The notes beneath the pieces are model-generated. The model searched no databases. It was given only the letters and a program-made list of their open reading frames with translations, and was not told the origin of the DNA. Position numbers and translations under genes: made by a program. From NCBI GenBank assembly GCA_020061125.1, contig JAGUYV010000086.1, positions 1-58,362 on the forward strand: DNA of 58,362 nucleotides. The letters run 5' to 3'. Every line of letters starts with the position of its first letter. Positions within the stretch are counted from its first letter, which is position 1. The DNA is from a bacterium. Its GTDB lineage: Bacteria; UBP15; UBA6099; DSWB01. This document shows, piece after piece, positions 1 through 10,382 of the stretch.

Positions 1-120
1 GGCGCGCACGCCCGGCGCGGCGCGCACTACGCGCTCTCCGGGACTGATTGTCACTGTGATGCCGTCACTCCGCGTCACTATCGTTCCCCTTCGCCGTCCC
101 TGCAATTTTGAAACATGCGC

Positions 121-156
121 AAAAAAAAATCAAAGCCGCCCATGAGGACGGCTTTG
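121..156 (-). terminator. Rho-independent terminator after the alpha-2-macroglobulin gene
   Basis: Read on the minus strand. Hairpin: 131-138 CAAAGCCG pairs with 149-156 CGGCTTTG and is extendable through a 1-nt bulge. It is followed directly by a 9-nt U tract (complement of A121-A129). It starts 27 nt past the stop codon at 183-185. Confidence 0.7.
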
Positions 157-182
157 AATTGAATGTTCCGGAAAGCGCTGCG

Positions 183-3100
183 TTACTTTTCAATCACATT
201 GAACTGGTGCTCGTCGCTGTGGCCGCCGATTTCCGGGAAGTACATGAGCCAGGCGCGGGCGGGCAGGGCGGACACGGTTCCGGGGATCTCCGCGCGGATC
301 CGGTAGGTCATGTCGTAGGTCTCGCCGTTGTTCATGCGCGTGGCGAAGAACGCCACCTTGTCGTCGCGGATTTCTTTCTGCGGGTACCACCAGCGCCAGT
401 AGCCGTAGTAGTATGTGTCGTCCTGTTCCTCTTTGACAACCTCGAAGCCGCTGGGCAGCATGTCCTCGATGATGACATATTCGCGTACGCCTTTGGGGAT
501 CGCGGCGAGGTGCACGAAGATTTCGTCGCCGGGCTTGATCTGCGAGGTGTGGCGCAGCTTGTTCTTGCCTTCCTTGTCGAACGAGTAATAGCGCGACACA
601 TGGATGCCGTTGTTCTGTGACTGGATTTTCTTCTCCGAGGCGAACCATTCGAGATGCGCGGTGTAATACAGCTTGCCCTTGCCGCCGCGGGTAATCTCGA
701 TTTTGTTCTCGCCAGTCACGAGTTTGTCCTTGATGTCGTCGAGGGTGATGGAGAGCGCGGGCTTGAACACATCCTCTTTGGAAAAATGCCCTGACAGCGC
801 CTTGACGCCGTTCACCGACACCGTGAAGTCCAGATCCGGCTCCAGAACTTCGCGTTTGAGCGTGTAATCGGTGAGGGCCATGACCGCGGCGGCGGTGTCC
901 TTGGTGGAGTACCAGTGGTTTCCGTTGCGGCGGCTCACAAGATAGCGAACGACTTTGGGCGCGATGGCGGATTCCTGGTCCACGGCCATGATCGCCTTGA
1001 GGACATAAGCCGTGGTCTCAATGGTGTTGTCCATCCAGCCCCAGCGGTCCGTTGGCGCGTTCCAGTTGGCCAGGGGACCGGACACCGCGGCGCTCTTTTC
1101 CAGCGCGCGGATGATCTCAAGCGCTTTGTCGTGATTGCCGGAACGCTCCATCACAATGGCGAGCAGGGCCTGGGAATAGGCATTGATCTTTTTATAATTC
1201 TTGATCGCGGCGTCCACCCTCTTGGAGGGCAGGTTTTCGCCGGTTTCGGAAAGGGCGAACAGCATATAGGAAAGCGTCTGCGTGTCCTTCTCGTCTTCGA
1301 TGAGCTTGCGCAGAGCCGTAATGCCGCGGTTGTACATGTCCTTGTCAACCGGGTAATCGGCTTTGGTCGCGTTGGCCAGTCCGTAAATTACATAAGCGGT
1401 CATGAAGGCGTGTGTTGTGTCGTTCTTCCACCAGCCCCAGCCGCCGTCGTCGTGCTGCATGTCCTGAAGCCGGTCGTGGCCCTTCTTGAACATGTCCGGC
1501 AGTTCCTTGAGCTTGTCGCTTGCCGGGAGGTTGAGCTTCTGCATGGCCTGTCCCACGATGATGTTGGGCAGGAACCGGCTCATGGTCTGTTCCACACAGC
1601 CGTAGGGATAGCCCACGAGGTAGTCGAGGCTCTCGAACATGGCGGCGGCGATGGAGGGGGCGGCGCTGATGCGCAGAGCGGTGGCGCCCTTGATGGCGTT
1701 TGCGGGCAGCTTGAGCGAAGCCGGTGTTTTGTCCTTGTCCGCTTCGCCGGAGGCCGCGACGGTGCGGCGGATTCCATGCGGCAGCACCGGAATGGTGAGC
1801 TGCATGGCGTCGGATTCCTCGTCCGTGAGCGCCTTGACCGTGATCCATGCGTCCTGCGGGGATTCAACCACGGCGGGCCACTCCACGCGCACATCGCCGC
1901 CTGATGGCACGGTGATGGTCTTGTCGCCGCCGTCAATCAGCTTCACGCCCTTGGCGTTCAGCACACACTTGACTTTCTTGTTAGTGGCCAGATAATTGTG
2001 CACCACGGCCACGATGTTGAGCTTGTCGTCCTGGGTGAAGAACCTTGGTGTTTCGAGGCGAACAAGCAGGTTCTTGCGCACAATGGTCTCGCCCGTGCTG
2101 TTGCCGACTTTGGTGTCGCCGGTGATGGCGCGTGCCGTGGCGCGCCATGTGGTGAGGGAATCGGGCATGGGGAAAGTCACGGTTGCGGCGCCGTTTTTGT
2201 CCGTGACCAGGTGCGCGTACCAGGCTGCGGTATCGCTGAAGTTGGAGCGGATTTCGGGCTGCACCAGCGCGCCTTCGCCATCCTTGGGCTTTGCCGCGGA
2301 TTTGCGCGCCATGCCCGCGGTGGCGTCCATGTCTGCCATTGCGGGCGCGGCCATTGGCATTTCCTCGGCCATTTCCATGCCTTTTGTCATCACATCGTCA
2401 TAAATGTCTCCGTAGCGGTAAGCCATTTCCCACAGGGATACATTGGTGGCCACTTTGTTCCAGCGGCGGCCGTAGAAGAACTTGCGCGCATCCGGGATGT
2501 TTTCGGGCTGCAATGCGTAGATGGATTCGTCCACCACGCCCAGGGACAGCTCCGCGTCCGCGGCGGGCTTGCCCTGGCTGTCTTTGGCCGTGACCGTGAA
2601 TGTGGCGTTCTCCCCGGGTTTGTACTCGGCTTTGTCCGCGGACACGGTGATGTCCAGGAATTTGTGATCGGGCGGCACCACCAGGTTTTTGGACTCGGAG
2701 TCGTAGGAGTTATCCTTGACCATGGCCGTGGTGATGTACACATTGGGCTGCATTTCTTCGGTGACAGTGAACTCGAAGAGCGCGGAGCCGTCCTTGAGTT
2801 CCAGAACCGCATATTTGTAAATGCGGTCGGCTTCGAGACTCACCAGCACGGACGCGCCCGGAGCGCCTGTGATGAGAGCGCGCGCGGTGTCGCCCAGGGC
2901 GTAAGAATCCTTGTCCAGAACGATGTCCGCGCCGCCGCCGCCCCAGAACGAGATACTGCTCGAGTTGTCCATGGCGTATGCGGTGGTGTAGGCGCTAACC
3001 GTGTTGCCTTTTGTATCTTTCGCCCTGCCGGTGATCGAGAAATAACCGGAGCGGTCCGGCACGAAGTCCAGGGCCGCCTTGCCGTTCTTGTTCGTGTGCG

Positions 3101-4757
3101 CGGTTTTCACGAAGATCTTCTCTTCGGAGCGCTCGTAGTTGCGTTTTTCATCCCAGGACACCATGCTGATTTCGAAATCCACGGCCTGTTCGGCCACGGG
3201 CGTTCCATCGTGGGAATTGATCTGCGCCGATATCTTGATGGTGTCGGAAGGCTTGTACATGTAACGGTCCGTATCGAGATAAATGGTGAATTCCGCGCGG
3301 GTGGCTTTCACTGAACCCGCGCCCGCAACCTGGCGGCGGCTCTTGTCCGTGACGAACGCGGTCAGTGTGTAAATCATGTCGTTGTCGCGGTCTTTGTCCG
3401 TATCCACGGTTACAGACGCCTTGCCATGATCGTCGGTGCGCAGTTCGCCGCCAGTCACATATTGCGACCCGTAAGAGTAGGAATAATCCTCTTCATCGTA
3501 GTACCAGGAATAGCGGCCCCAGCCCCAGTAGGAATACACGGGCGCAGCGTTGACCTCGTAGCGCAGTTCTGCATCCTTGACCGGTTCGCCGAAGTAATAT
3601 TTCACATCAATGTCAAAGGTGATGGAATCGCCCAGCAGCGCTCGGGCTTTGTCCGGGGTCACCACGACCTCGAATTCGGGCTTGCGGTATTCCTCGACCG
3701 TGAAGCTCTGCCAGTGCTCCTGGCCGCCGACTCTCACCACGATCTGATATTGCCCGATGGGAGGCTCCTCGCCCAGCTTGAACTTGCCGGACAGGGCGCC
3801 GAAATCGTTAAGTGTCTTTTTCTCTTTGAGAACCGTGTTGTTCTTGGAATCCTTGATCTCGATTTCAGCCTCGGTGACGCCATCGGGCAGACTGTAGACA
3901 TTGCCCTTTGCGTAGCGGATGGTGGACTTGTAATTGACCTCGTGTCCGGGGCGGTACACGGGCCTGTCGGTCACGGTGTAGGCCGTGTATCCCTCGAAAT
4001 ATTCCGAATACCAGTTGTACACATTCATGAACGCCACATGGCCCTTCCAGCGCGCCACCACGGGAAGGGAATCCGCTGCGGCATCTATGGGCAGCTCGGC
4101 CACGCCGTCTTTGTCGGTTACGGATTTGAGGTCTATCTTGCCTTCCTTGAGTGTGAACACATCGGCCTTGTTCACCGCCGTGCCGGTGAAACGGTTGGTG
4201 ACGAAGAGCACGGTTCGCGAACCCTCGCGCTTGGAAATCATGGCCAGATCGGTGACGATGAACGGAATGAACCGGGTTGTTTTTCCGGCCGTGGCGTACA
4301 ACAGATACACGCCTGGTCCGGGGTTCTTGATTTTCTCGCTGATGTTTATGTAGCGGCTTAAATCACCAGATTCACGGTTGCCTTTGACGGTCCACTCGCG
4401 CACGGATTCCGCGCTTTTGAATTTGACCGGATCCGGATTCTCCTGATTTTCCGGACTTTGTGCAGATGTGAGCAGATCCATGAGATCCACGCGCACAAGA
4501 TTCAGAGCCAGGGAAGTGTAATTGTATCCTGAAAACTGAATGTCAATATCTTTCTGTTCCGTGCCGATCAGGGAATCGCAGCGGATATAGATCTGTGGCA
4601 TCGGCTCCTCCTCCGCGCTGTTGATGATTTTCGCGCCGGAAAATACGAGCACGGACGCGATCACAGCCAGAATACACAAAGCGGCGGGCAGGATTCTGTA
4701 CATCGCAAGCCTGGCTCCCTGTCTTTTCCGGCCCTTGTGATCGGATTTGGTTTTCAT
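183..4757 (-). CDS. Bacterial alpha-2-macroglobulin family protein with intact thioester site and N-terminal membrane anchor
   Basis: 1524 aa. Thioester motif GYPYG-CVEQ-TMSRF, with the CVEQ codons at 1587-1598. Size and repeat organisation are typical of bacterial A2M. Start moved to ATG 4755-4757 (MKTKSD...), with AGAGGAGA 6 nt upstream. A hydrophobic helix ILPAALCILAVIASVLVF follows and there is no clear lipobox. Confidence 0.9.
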   Translation of the reverse strand: MKTKSDHKGRKRQGARLAMYRILPAALCILAVIASVLVFSGAKIINSAEEEPMPQIYIRCDSLIGTEQKDIDIQFSGYNYTSLALNLVRVDLMDLLTSAQSPENQENPDPVKFKSAESVREWTVKGNRESGDLSRYINISEKIKNPGPGVYLLYATAGKTTRFIPFIVTDLAMISKREGSRTVLFVTNRFTGTAVNKADVFTLKEGKIDLKSVTDKDGVAELPIDAAADSLPVVARWKGHVAFMNVYNWYSEYFEGYTAYTVTDRPVYRPGHEVNYKSTIRYAKGNVYSLPDGVTEAEIEIKDSKNNTVLKEKKTLNDFGALSGKFKLGEEPPIGQYQIVVRVGGQEHWQSFTVEEYRKPEFEVVVTPDKARALLGDSITFDIDVKYYFGEPVKDAELRYEVNAAPVYSYWGWGRYSWYYDEEDYSYSYGSQYVTGGELRTDDHGKASVTVDTDKDRDNDMIYTLTAFVTDKSRRQVAGAGSVKATRAEFTIYLDTDRYMYKPSDTIKISAQINSHDGTPVAEQAVDFEISMVSWDEKRNYERSEEKIFVKTAHTNKNGKAALDFVPDRSGYFSITGRAKDTKGNTVSAYTTAYAMDNSSSISFWGGGGADIVLDKDSYALGDTARALITGAPGASVLVSLEADRIYKYAVLELKDGSALFEFTVTEEMQPNVYITTAMVKDNSYDSESKNLVVPPDHKFLDITVSADKAEYKPGENATFTVTAKDSQGKPAADAELSLGVVDESIYALQPENIPDARKFFYGRRWNKVATNVSLWEMAYRYGDIYDDVMTKGMEMAEEMPMAAPAMADMDATAGMARKSAAKPKDGEGALVQPEIRSNFSDTAAWYAHLVTDKNGAATVTFPMPDSLTTWRATARAITGDTKVGNSTGETIVRKNLLVRLETPRFFTQDDKLNIVAVVHNYLATNKKVKCVLNAKGVKLIDGGDKTITVPSGGDVRVEWPAVVESPQDAWITVKALTDEESDAMQLTIPVLPHGIRRTVAASGEADKDKTPASLKLPANAIKGATALRISAAPSIAAAMFESLDYLVGYPYGCVEQTMSRFLPNIIVGQAMQKLNLPASDKLKELPDMFKKGHDRLQDMQHDDGGWGWWKNDTTHAFMTAYVIYGLANATKADYPVDKDMYNRGITALRKLIEDEKDTQTLSYMLFALSETGENLPSKRVDAAIKNYKKINAYSQALLAIVMERSGNHDKALEIIRALEKSAAVSGPLANWNAPTDRWGWMDNTIETTAYVLKAIMAVDQESAIAPKVVRYLVSRRNGNHWYSTKDTAAAVMALTDYTLKREVLEPDLDFTVSVNGVKALSGHFSKEDVFKPALSITLDDIKDKLVTGENKIEITRGGKGKLYYTAHLEWFASEKKIQSQNNGIHVSRYYSFDKEGKNKLRHTSQIKPGDEIFVHLAAIPKGVREYVIIEDMLPSGFEVVKEEQDDTYYYGYWRWWYPQKEIRDDKVAFFATRMNNGETYDMTYRIRAEIPGTVSALPARAWLMYFPEIGGHSDEHQFNVIEK

Positions 4758-4808
4758 GGCGTTTCTCCTCTTGCAGTTGTTTGTGCGGATTTCGGACGAC
4801 GCTGTTTC

Positions 4809-4814
4809 ATTATA
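4809..4814 (-). promoter_or_regulatory. Candidate -10 element (TATAAT) for the alpha-2-macroglobulin gene
   Basis: The minus strand reads GCGGGGCGG-TATAAT-GAAAC about 50 nt upstream of the ATG at 4757. I found no convincing -35 box. Confidence 0.3.
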
Positions 4815-4889
4815 CCGCCCCGCATAAGGCATAAGACAGGCGAGGATCAAAAATGTTCACATTCCGGTTGTGTGATGGAGATTACATTT

Positions 4890-6575
4890 TCATTCGAAGA
4901 ACAAACGCATCACACCGTCGTGCGCCGCTGCCCATAGAGAGCCGTCCTGTGCGGGCGCGAGGAAATAAGGAAAAGCGCCGTCGGGCATGGGCATGGAGCG
5001 CCACGAAATACCGTCGTAAGTGAGGATTTCGTGACCGCTTTCCTGAATGTCCAGGCAAGCGGCCCAGAGGCACCCGCCGGGACCGGGCGCGGCGTGCGCC
5101 ACATGGGCGCATGGCAAACCCGTGCGGCCCGTGTGATGCACCCAACTGTCCGTGCGCATCTCAACGATCCCGGGCAGAGCGCCCGCAATGGCCCACACGC
5201 TGCCGTCCGGCATTGCCGCCAGGCTTTTGATGAACTGGCCGGATATAGGGATATCCGGATCCGATCTGGAAAATCGTCCGCCGGAATAAATGGCAAGTCC
5301 CTGGGGCGTGCCTACCCAAAGGGTCCCGTAACTGTCCATGGCCAACGCGGTGATGTCGTTGCCGGGAAGCCCGTCCTCGGTGGTGAGAGCGCGCCAGGCG
5401 CCCTTGTCCCAACGGCCCAGGCCACGCATGGTTCCGGCCCAAACCACACGGCCGTTCGTGGACTCTATCAGGCTTGTGACATTGTTGTCCGGCAGGCCCT
5501 GGGCTGTTGTGATCGCGGACCATGACCCATTTTCAAGCGTCTGGATTCCCGCGTTCGTGGCGATCCACAATGCGCCATCCGTACGCACCAGCAAATCCGC
5601 AATGGACAGCCCGAAGAGTTTGCCGCCAGCGGTGTCGAGCATCCATGAATTGTCGTTGAAGCGCGCCACGCCCTTGCGCGACCCGGCCCAGACCACGCTG
5701 TTGCGGTCAACGAGCAGCTTTGTCACAGGCGCATCGGGAAGACCCTGGCGTGCGGTGTAGGTTTCGATGCGCGCGGCCGTGCGCGGCAGTTCGCAGGCGG
5801 TCCTGGCAGATGTGGGCTTCTTTGTATCCGGCCCGGCGTTGCCAGATTCTTTTTCGAAAACCGCCGCCACGCCGTCCGGGGGCGTTATTGCGGGCGGACC
5901 GGCCAGGGTTTGAATGTCTGCTCGCGCCTTGAGGCGGCAGCCATCTTCAAGCGTCATGTCCGCATCAATATGCTTCACCAGCCCGGTGGTGGAGTCCACA
6001 CAAAAGTCGAGGACGCCCCGGGACTGCGGAAAGTCGAATGTTGCGCGAAACGCGGAGCACGCGCGCGCCGCATTATCGCCTTTGCTCTCCATGACCAGAG
6101 TTCTGCCCATGAACGCAGTGAACAGATACAAAGGGTGCATGGGCGCTTCGCGCTGGAACACGGACTGGGAAACCGGTTCGGGAAGGGAAGGCGCGCGCAC
6201 CGACGGCGGATATTCGGGATGCGTGATCTCCACCTGGCGCACTGCAATGCCGTTCCTCAAATAATATTGAATGTCCATCGAGGATTGCGCGCCGTCCGCA
6301 ATTTCGATGTGCGATGCGACGCGGGACCATCCGTCAATGTTGATTTGCCCGGCCACGGAAATGCGCTCGGCTGCGGGTTCCTCCCCGCACTGCCTTTCGA
6401 GGTCTGCTTTGTATTCGATATAGCGCGCATGCATCACGGCGTCCTGGTGCCGCGACGCCAGCGATCCGGCGGTGAGGTCCGCGCCTGTGGCGACGCTGTG
6501 CAACAAATACACAAACGCAAGCAGAGCCGTGAGCAAGGGCGTTGTACAAAGGATTGGATTTCGCGTCCAGTGCAT
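4890..6575 (-). CDS. Secreted protein with an unassigned N-terminal domain and C-terminal Reg_prop-type beta-propeller repeats
   Basis: Repeated GLP(D/G)N-(V/I)T-L......(LW/VW)(V/A)GT units, e.g. QGLPDNNVTSLIESTNGRVVWAGT and DGLPGNDITALAMDSYGTLWVGT. Start moved to ATG 6573-6575 (MHWTRNPILCTTPLLTALLAFVYLL, signal-like) so it does not run over the upstream gene. Confidence 0.75.
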   Translation of the reverse strand: MHWTRNPILCTTPLLTALLAFVYLLHSVATGADLTAGSLASRHQDAVMHARYIEYKADLERQCGEEPAAERISVAGQINIDGWSRVASHIEIADGAQSSMDIQYYLRNGIAVRQVEITHPEYPPSVRAPSLPEPVSQSVFQREAPMHPLYLFTAFMGRTLVMESKGDNAARACSAFRATFDFPQSRGVLDFCVDSTTGLVKHIDADMTLEDGCRLKARADIQTLAGPPAITPPDGVAAVFEKESGNAGPDTKKPTSARTACELPRTAARIETYTARQGLPDAPVTKLLVDRNSVVWAGSRKGVARFNDNSWMLDTAGGKLFGLSIADLLVRTDGALWIATNAGIQTLENGSWSAITTAQGLPDNNVTSLIESTNGRVVWAGTMRGLGRWDKGAWRALTTEDGLPGNDITALAMDSYGTLWVGTPQGLAIYSGGRFSRSDPDIPISGQFIKSLAAMPDGSVWAIAGALPGIVEMRTDSWVHHTGRTGLPCAHVAHAAPGPGGCLWAACLDIQESGHEILTYDGISWRSMPMPDGAFPYFLAPAQDGSLWAAAHDGVMRLFFE

Positions 6576-6597
6576 GTGCTGTTTCACAATCTGCCAG

Positions 6598-7140
6598 TTA
6601 CGCGCCGCTCGCGCCCGGCATGGGCTGCATGTCCGGCAACAGGCCGTCCTCGACGATTTTGCGGGCAATCTGATACCCGGCATCGAGATTTGCAACGAAC
6701 AGGCGTGCGATTTCCTTTTCAATGAACGGTCCGAACAGAGGAATGGAGATGCGCAGTTTCATTTCCATTTTTTGCAGCGTTTTGTCATTACCTGCGGCCA
6801 CGAACTGCTGCACGCCGCGGCAAGAGACCTGCTTCGTGAAATAGGCGGTCTCGACATCAAACGAATAAGTGCGTTTAGCGCGGTTCCACACGCCGCGGGA
6901 TATCCATGTGAGCATCTCGGGCGTGAGCAGGTGCTGCACCATTTTGGGAATCTGGCTGTAGGCGCTGTATTGCACGGTGAGGGCGACCGTATCCCCGTTG
7001 TCCCGGCGTTCGAGCATGCGGCATCCCTTGAGGTCGGGCGTGTTGAGCATGACCGCGGGATCCTGCACAAAGCGCTCCATGAGACTTTCCGTCACAGTGT
7101 CAATGGGCGCTTGAAACTCGTAGGTCCGGCGAACGATCAT
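6598..7140 (-). CDS. SRPBCC/START-fold protein (DUF2505-like), function unknown
   Basis: 180 aa. The ATG at 7138-7140 directly abuts the mutase stop codon TAG at 7141-7143. The sequence style (MIVRRTYEFQAPIDTV..., alternating beta pattern, C-terminal helix) resembles polyketide-cyclase/START-like proteins. It has no DxHxxG cobalamin motif. Confidence 0.6.
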   Translation of the reverse strand: MIVRRTYEFQAPIDTVTESLMERFVQDPAVMLNTPDLKGCRMLERRDNGDTVALTVQYSAYSQIPKMVQHLLTPEMLTWISRGVWNRAKRTYSFDVETAYFTKQVSCRGVQQFVAAGNDKTLQKMEMKLRISIPLFGPFIEKEIARLFVANLDAGYQIARKIVEDGLLPDMQPMPGASGA

Positions 7141-8745
7141 CTATATGAATTTCACCTCGTTGTAAGTGCCGAACGCATCGCGGAAGGTGTCTACGATTTC
7201 GCCGAGAGTGGCGTGTGCCTCCACGGCGCCGATGATAAGCGGCACGAGGTTTTCCGTGGAATCGCACGCTTTGCGCAGGGTGGCCAGCGCGTTGTGCGCG
7301 GCGGCTTTGTCTCGTTTTGATTTGAACCGGGCCACGCGTTCCACCTGCTTGTCTTCGAGTTCCTGGCCGATGCGCAGCAGCTCAATGTCGGGCTTTGATT
7401 CGCGCCGGAACGCGTTGACGCCGATCTGGAATTTCTGCTTTTTCTCCAGCGCGCGCTGATAGCGGAACGAGGCTTCGGCGATCTCCCGCTGGAAGAAAGC
7501 GTTGTCCAGAGCCTTGATCACGCCTCCCATTTTTTTAACGCGCTCGTCGTAATCGTAGAACGCTTTTTCCATGTTGTCGGTGAGGGCTTCCACCATATAA
7601 GACCCGGCAAGTGGATCAATGGAATTGGCGGCGCCGGATTCATAGGCGATGATCTGCTGTGTGCGCAGAGCGATGAGCGCGGCCTTTTCCGTGGGCAGGG
7701 CCAGAGTTTCGTCCATGGAATTGGTGTGCAGGGACTGGGTGCCGCCGAGCACGGCGCTCAAGGCTTCGAGCGTGGTGCGCACGATATTGTTCTCCGGCTC
7801 CTCGGCCGTGAGGGACACGCCCGCGGTCTGGGTGTGGAAGCGCAGGCGCAGCGAACGCGGGTCCTGTGCGCCGAAGCGGTTGCGCAACTCGCGCGCCCAG
7901 ATGCGCCGCGCGGCCCGGAATTTTGCGATCTCCTCGAAAAAATCCATGTGCGAATCGAAGAAGAAAGACAGGCGGGGGGCGAAATCGTCCACATTCAGTC
8001 CCGCCTGCACGCCGCGCTCTACATAGGTGAGGCCGTTGAGAAGGGTGAACGCCAGCTCCTGCTGGGCCGTGGATCCGGCTTCGCGGATGTGATAGCCGCT
8101 GATGCTGATGGTGTTCCAGCGGGGCACTTCGCACGAGCAAAATTGGAAAATATCGGTGATGAGGCGCAGGGACGGGTCAGGGGGGAAGATCCACGAATTC
8201 TGCGCCATATATTCTTTTAGAATGTCGTTCTGGATGGTGCCACCGATTTTGTCCATGCCCGCGCCCTGGGTTTTCGCCGTGGCGATGTACAGCGCGAGCA
8301 GCACGGATGCGGGCGCGTTGATGGTCATGGAGGTTGTGATTTTATCGAGGGGGATCTGATCGAACATGGTCTGCATGTCGTCGAGGGTGCAGATGGCCAC
8401 GCCGCAGCGGCCCACCTCGCCGCGCGCCAGGGGATGGTCCGAGTCGTGCCCCATGATGGTGGGCATGTCGAAGGCAACGCTCAAGCCCGTGGTGCCCTGC
8501 GACAGCAGGAACCTGTAGCGCTCGTTGGTTTCCTCGGATGTGGCGAACCCGGCGAACTGGCGCATGGTCCACATGCGGCCCCGGTACATGCTCGGATACA
8601 CGCCGCGCGCGTACGGGAACTCGCCGGGCGCGCCCAGATCGCGGCCATATTCAAGGCCCGCGACATCTTCTGGCGTGTAGATCTCCTTGATCTCCTGTCC
8701 GCTTATGGTGGTGAAGTCTCTGTCTTTGAGTTCATCTTGGGACAT
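7141..8745 (-). CDS. Adenosylcobalamin-dependent acyl-CoA mutase, large substrate-binding subunit, with isobutyryl-CoA-mutase-like specificity residues
   Basis: 534 aa. Mutase hallmarks include FPYARGVYPSMYRGRMWTMRQFAGF, GLSVAFDMPT, GGTIQNDILKEY, ISISGYHIREAG and HTQTAG. It carries Phe in RQ-F-AGF and Gln in YMA-Q-NSW. No B12-binding domain is present. Confidence 0.9.
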   Translation of the reverse strand: MSQDELKDRDFTTISGQEIKEIYTPEDVAGLEYGRDLGAPGEFPYARGVYPSMYRGRMWTMRQFAGFATSEETNERYRFLLSQGTTGLSVAFDMPTIMGHDSDHPLARGEVGRCGVAICTLDDMQTMFDQIPLDKITTSMTINAPASVLLALYIATAKTQGAGMDKIGGTIQNDILKEYMAQNSWIFPPDPSLRLITDIFQFCSCEVPRWNTISISGYHIREAGSTAQQELAFTLLNGLTYVERGVQAGLNVDDFAPRLSFFFDSHMDFFEEIAKFRAARRIWARELRNRFGAQDPRSLRLRFHTQTAGVSLTAEEPENNIVRTTLEALSAVLGGTQSLHTNSMDETLALPTEKAALIALRTQQIIAYESGAANSIDPLAGSYMVEALTDNMEKAFYDYDERVKKMGGVIKALDNAFFQREIAEASFRYQRALEKKQKFQIGVNAFRRESKPDIELLRIGQELEDKQVERVARFKSKRDKAAAHNALATLRKACDSTENLVPLIIGAVEAHATLGEIVDTFRDAFGTYNEVKFI

Positions 8746-8748
8746 GGC

Positions 8749-9711
<963 letters not shown>

Positions 9712-9740
9712 GCAGTTCCTGTTTCCAGTATGAAACGAAA

Positions 9741-10259
9741 TTAAAACTCGATGCCTTCGCGGGCCGTGATCCCCTGCGCGTAGGGGTGTTTGATTTCTCG
9801 CATGTCCGTGACCAGATCCGCGATGGCCAGGATCTCGTCCGGGGCGTAGCGGCCTGTGCAAACCGCCTCGGTGCGCTCGTTCCGTTCTTGAAGCGCGGCA
9901 ACCACATCGTCAATCCGTAGAAGTTTGAATTCAACGGCCACATTTACCTCATCGAGAACCACGAGATCGTACTCACCCGAAGCAAGCGCCCCGCGGGCGC
10001 GCTGCAACGCGCGTGCCGCGCGCCCGGGATCCTCGGAATCGGGGTTGCATTTGTCAACGAATCCCTCACGGCCAAATTGCTCGATAGCGACTCCGGGCAC
10101 GGATGCGAACGAATGCAGCTCGCCATAGTCCATGCCCTTCATGAACTGCACCACGAGCGTTTTCCATCCGCGGCCCGCTGCGCGCATGCACAGCCCCAGC
10201 GCGGCCGTGGTTTTGCCCTTGCCGTTTCCCGTATATACATGCAACAGCCGTTTTTCCAT
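9741..10259 (-). CDS. cobO: ATP:cob(I)alamin adenosyltransferase, CobA/CobO/BtuR type
   Basis: 172 aa. N-terminal VYTGNGKGKTTAALG P-loop, then VVQFMKG and LDE motifs typical of this family. Confidence 0.85.
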   Translation of the reverse strand: MEKRLLHVYTGNGKGKTTAALGLCMRAAGRGWKTLVVQFMKGMDYGELHSFASVPGVAIEQFGREGFVDKCNPDSEDPGRAARALQRARGALASGEYDLVVLDEVNVAVEFKLLRIDDVVAALQERNERTEAVCTGRYAPDEILAIADLVTDMREIKHPYAQGITAREGIEF

Positions 10260-10382
10260 GCAATATCACAGCAAACGCCGCTGTGCGGCCGTTTGCATTC
10301 ATGTCCTTCTTCTCGCGCACATTATATATTATGATGTACAATATTTCATTGAAGTTTGGCAGACGCCGGGAGGAACCATACC

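Noticed and set aside
915-4361. Plus-strand ORFs of 329, 438 and 311 aa
   Set aside because: All are antisense to the alpha-2-macroglobulin gene and have no motifs.
10357-10372. TGGCAG-N5-GGGA as a possible sigma-54 promoter near mdh
   Set aside because: It lacks the TTGC -12 element, and the GGGAGG is better explained as the mdh Shine-Dalgarno sequence.
10260-10382. Possible cobalamin riboswitch upstream of the adenosyltransferase/MeaB/mutase operon
   Set aside because: Only about 120 nt are shared with the divergent mdh promoter, which is too short for a B12 riboswitch. I could not find a B12-box-like conserved core.
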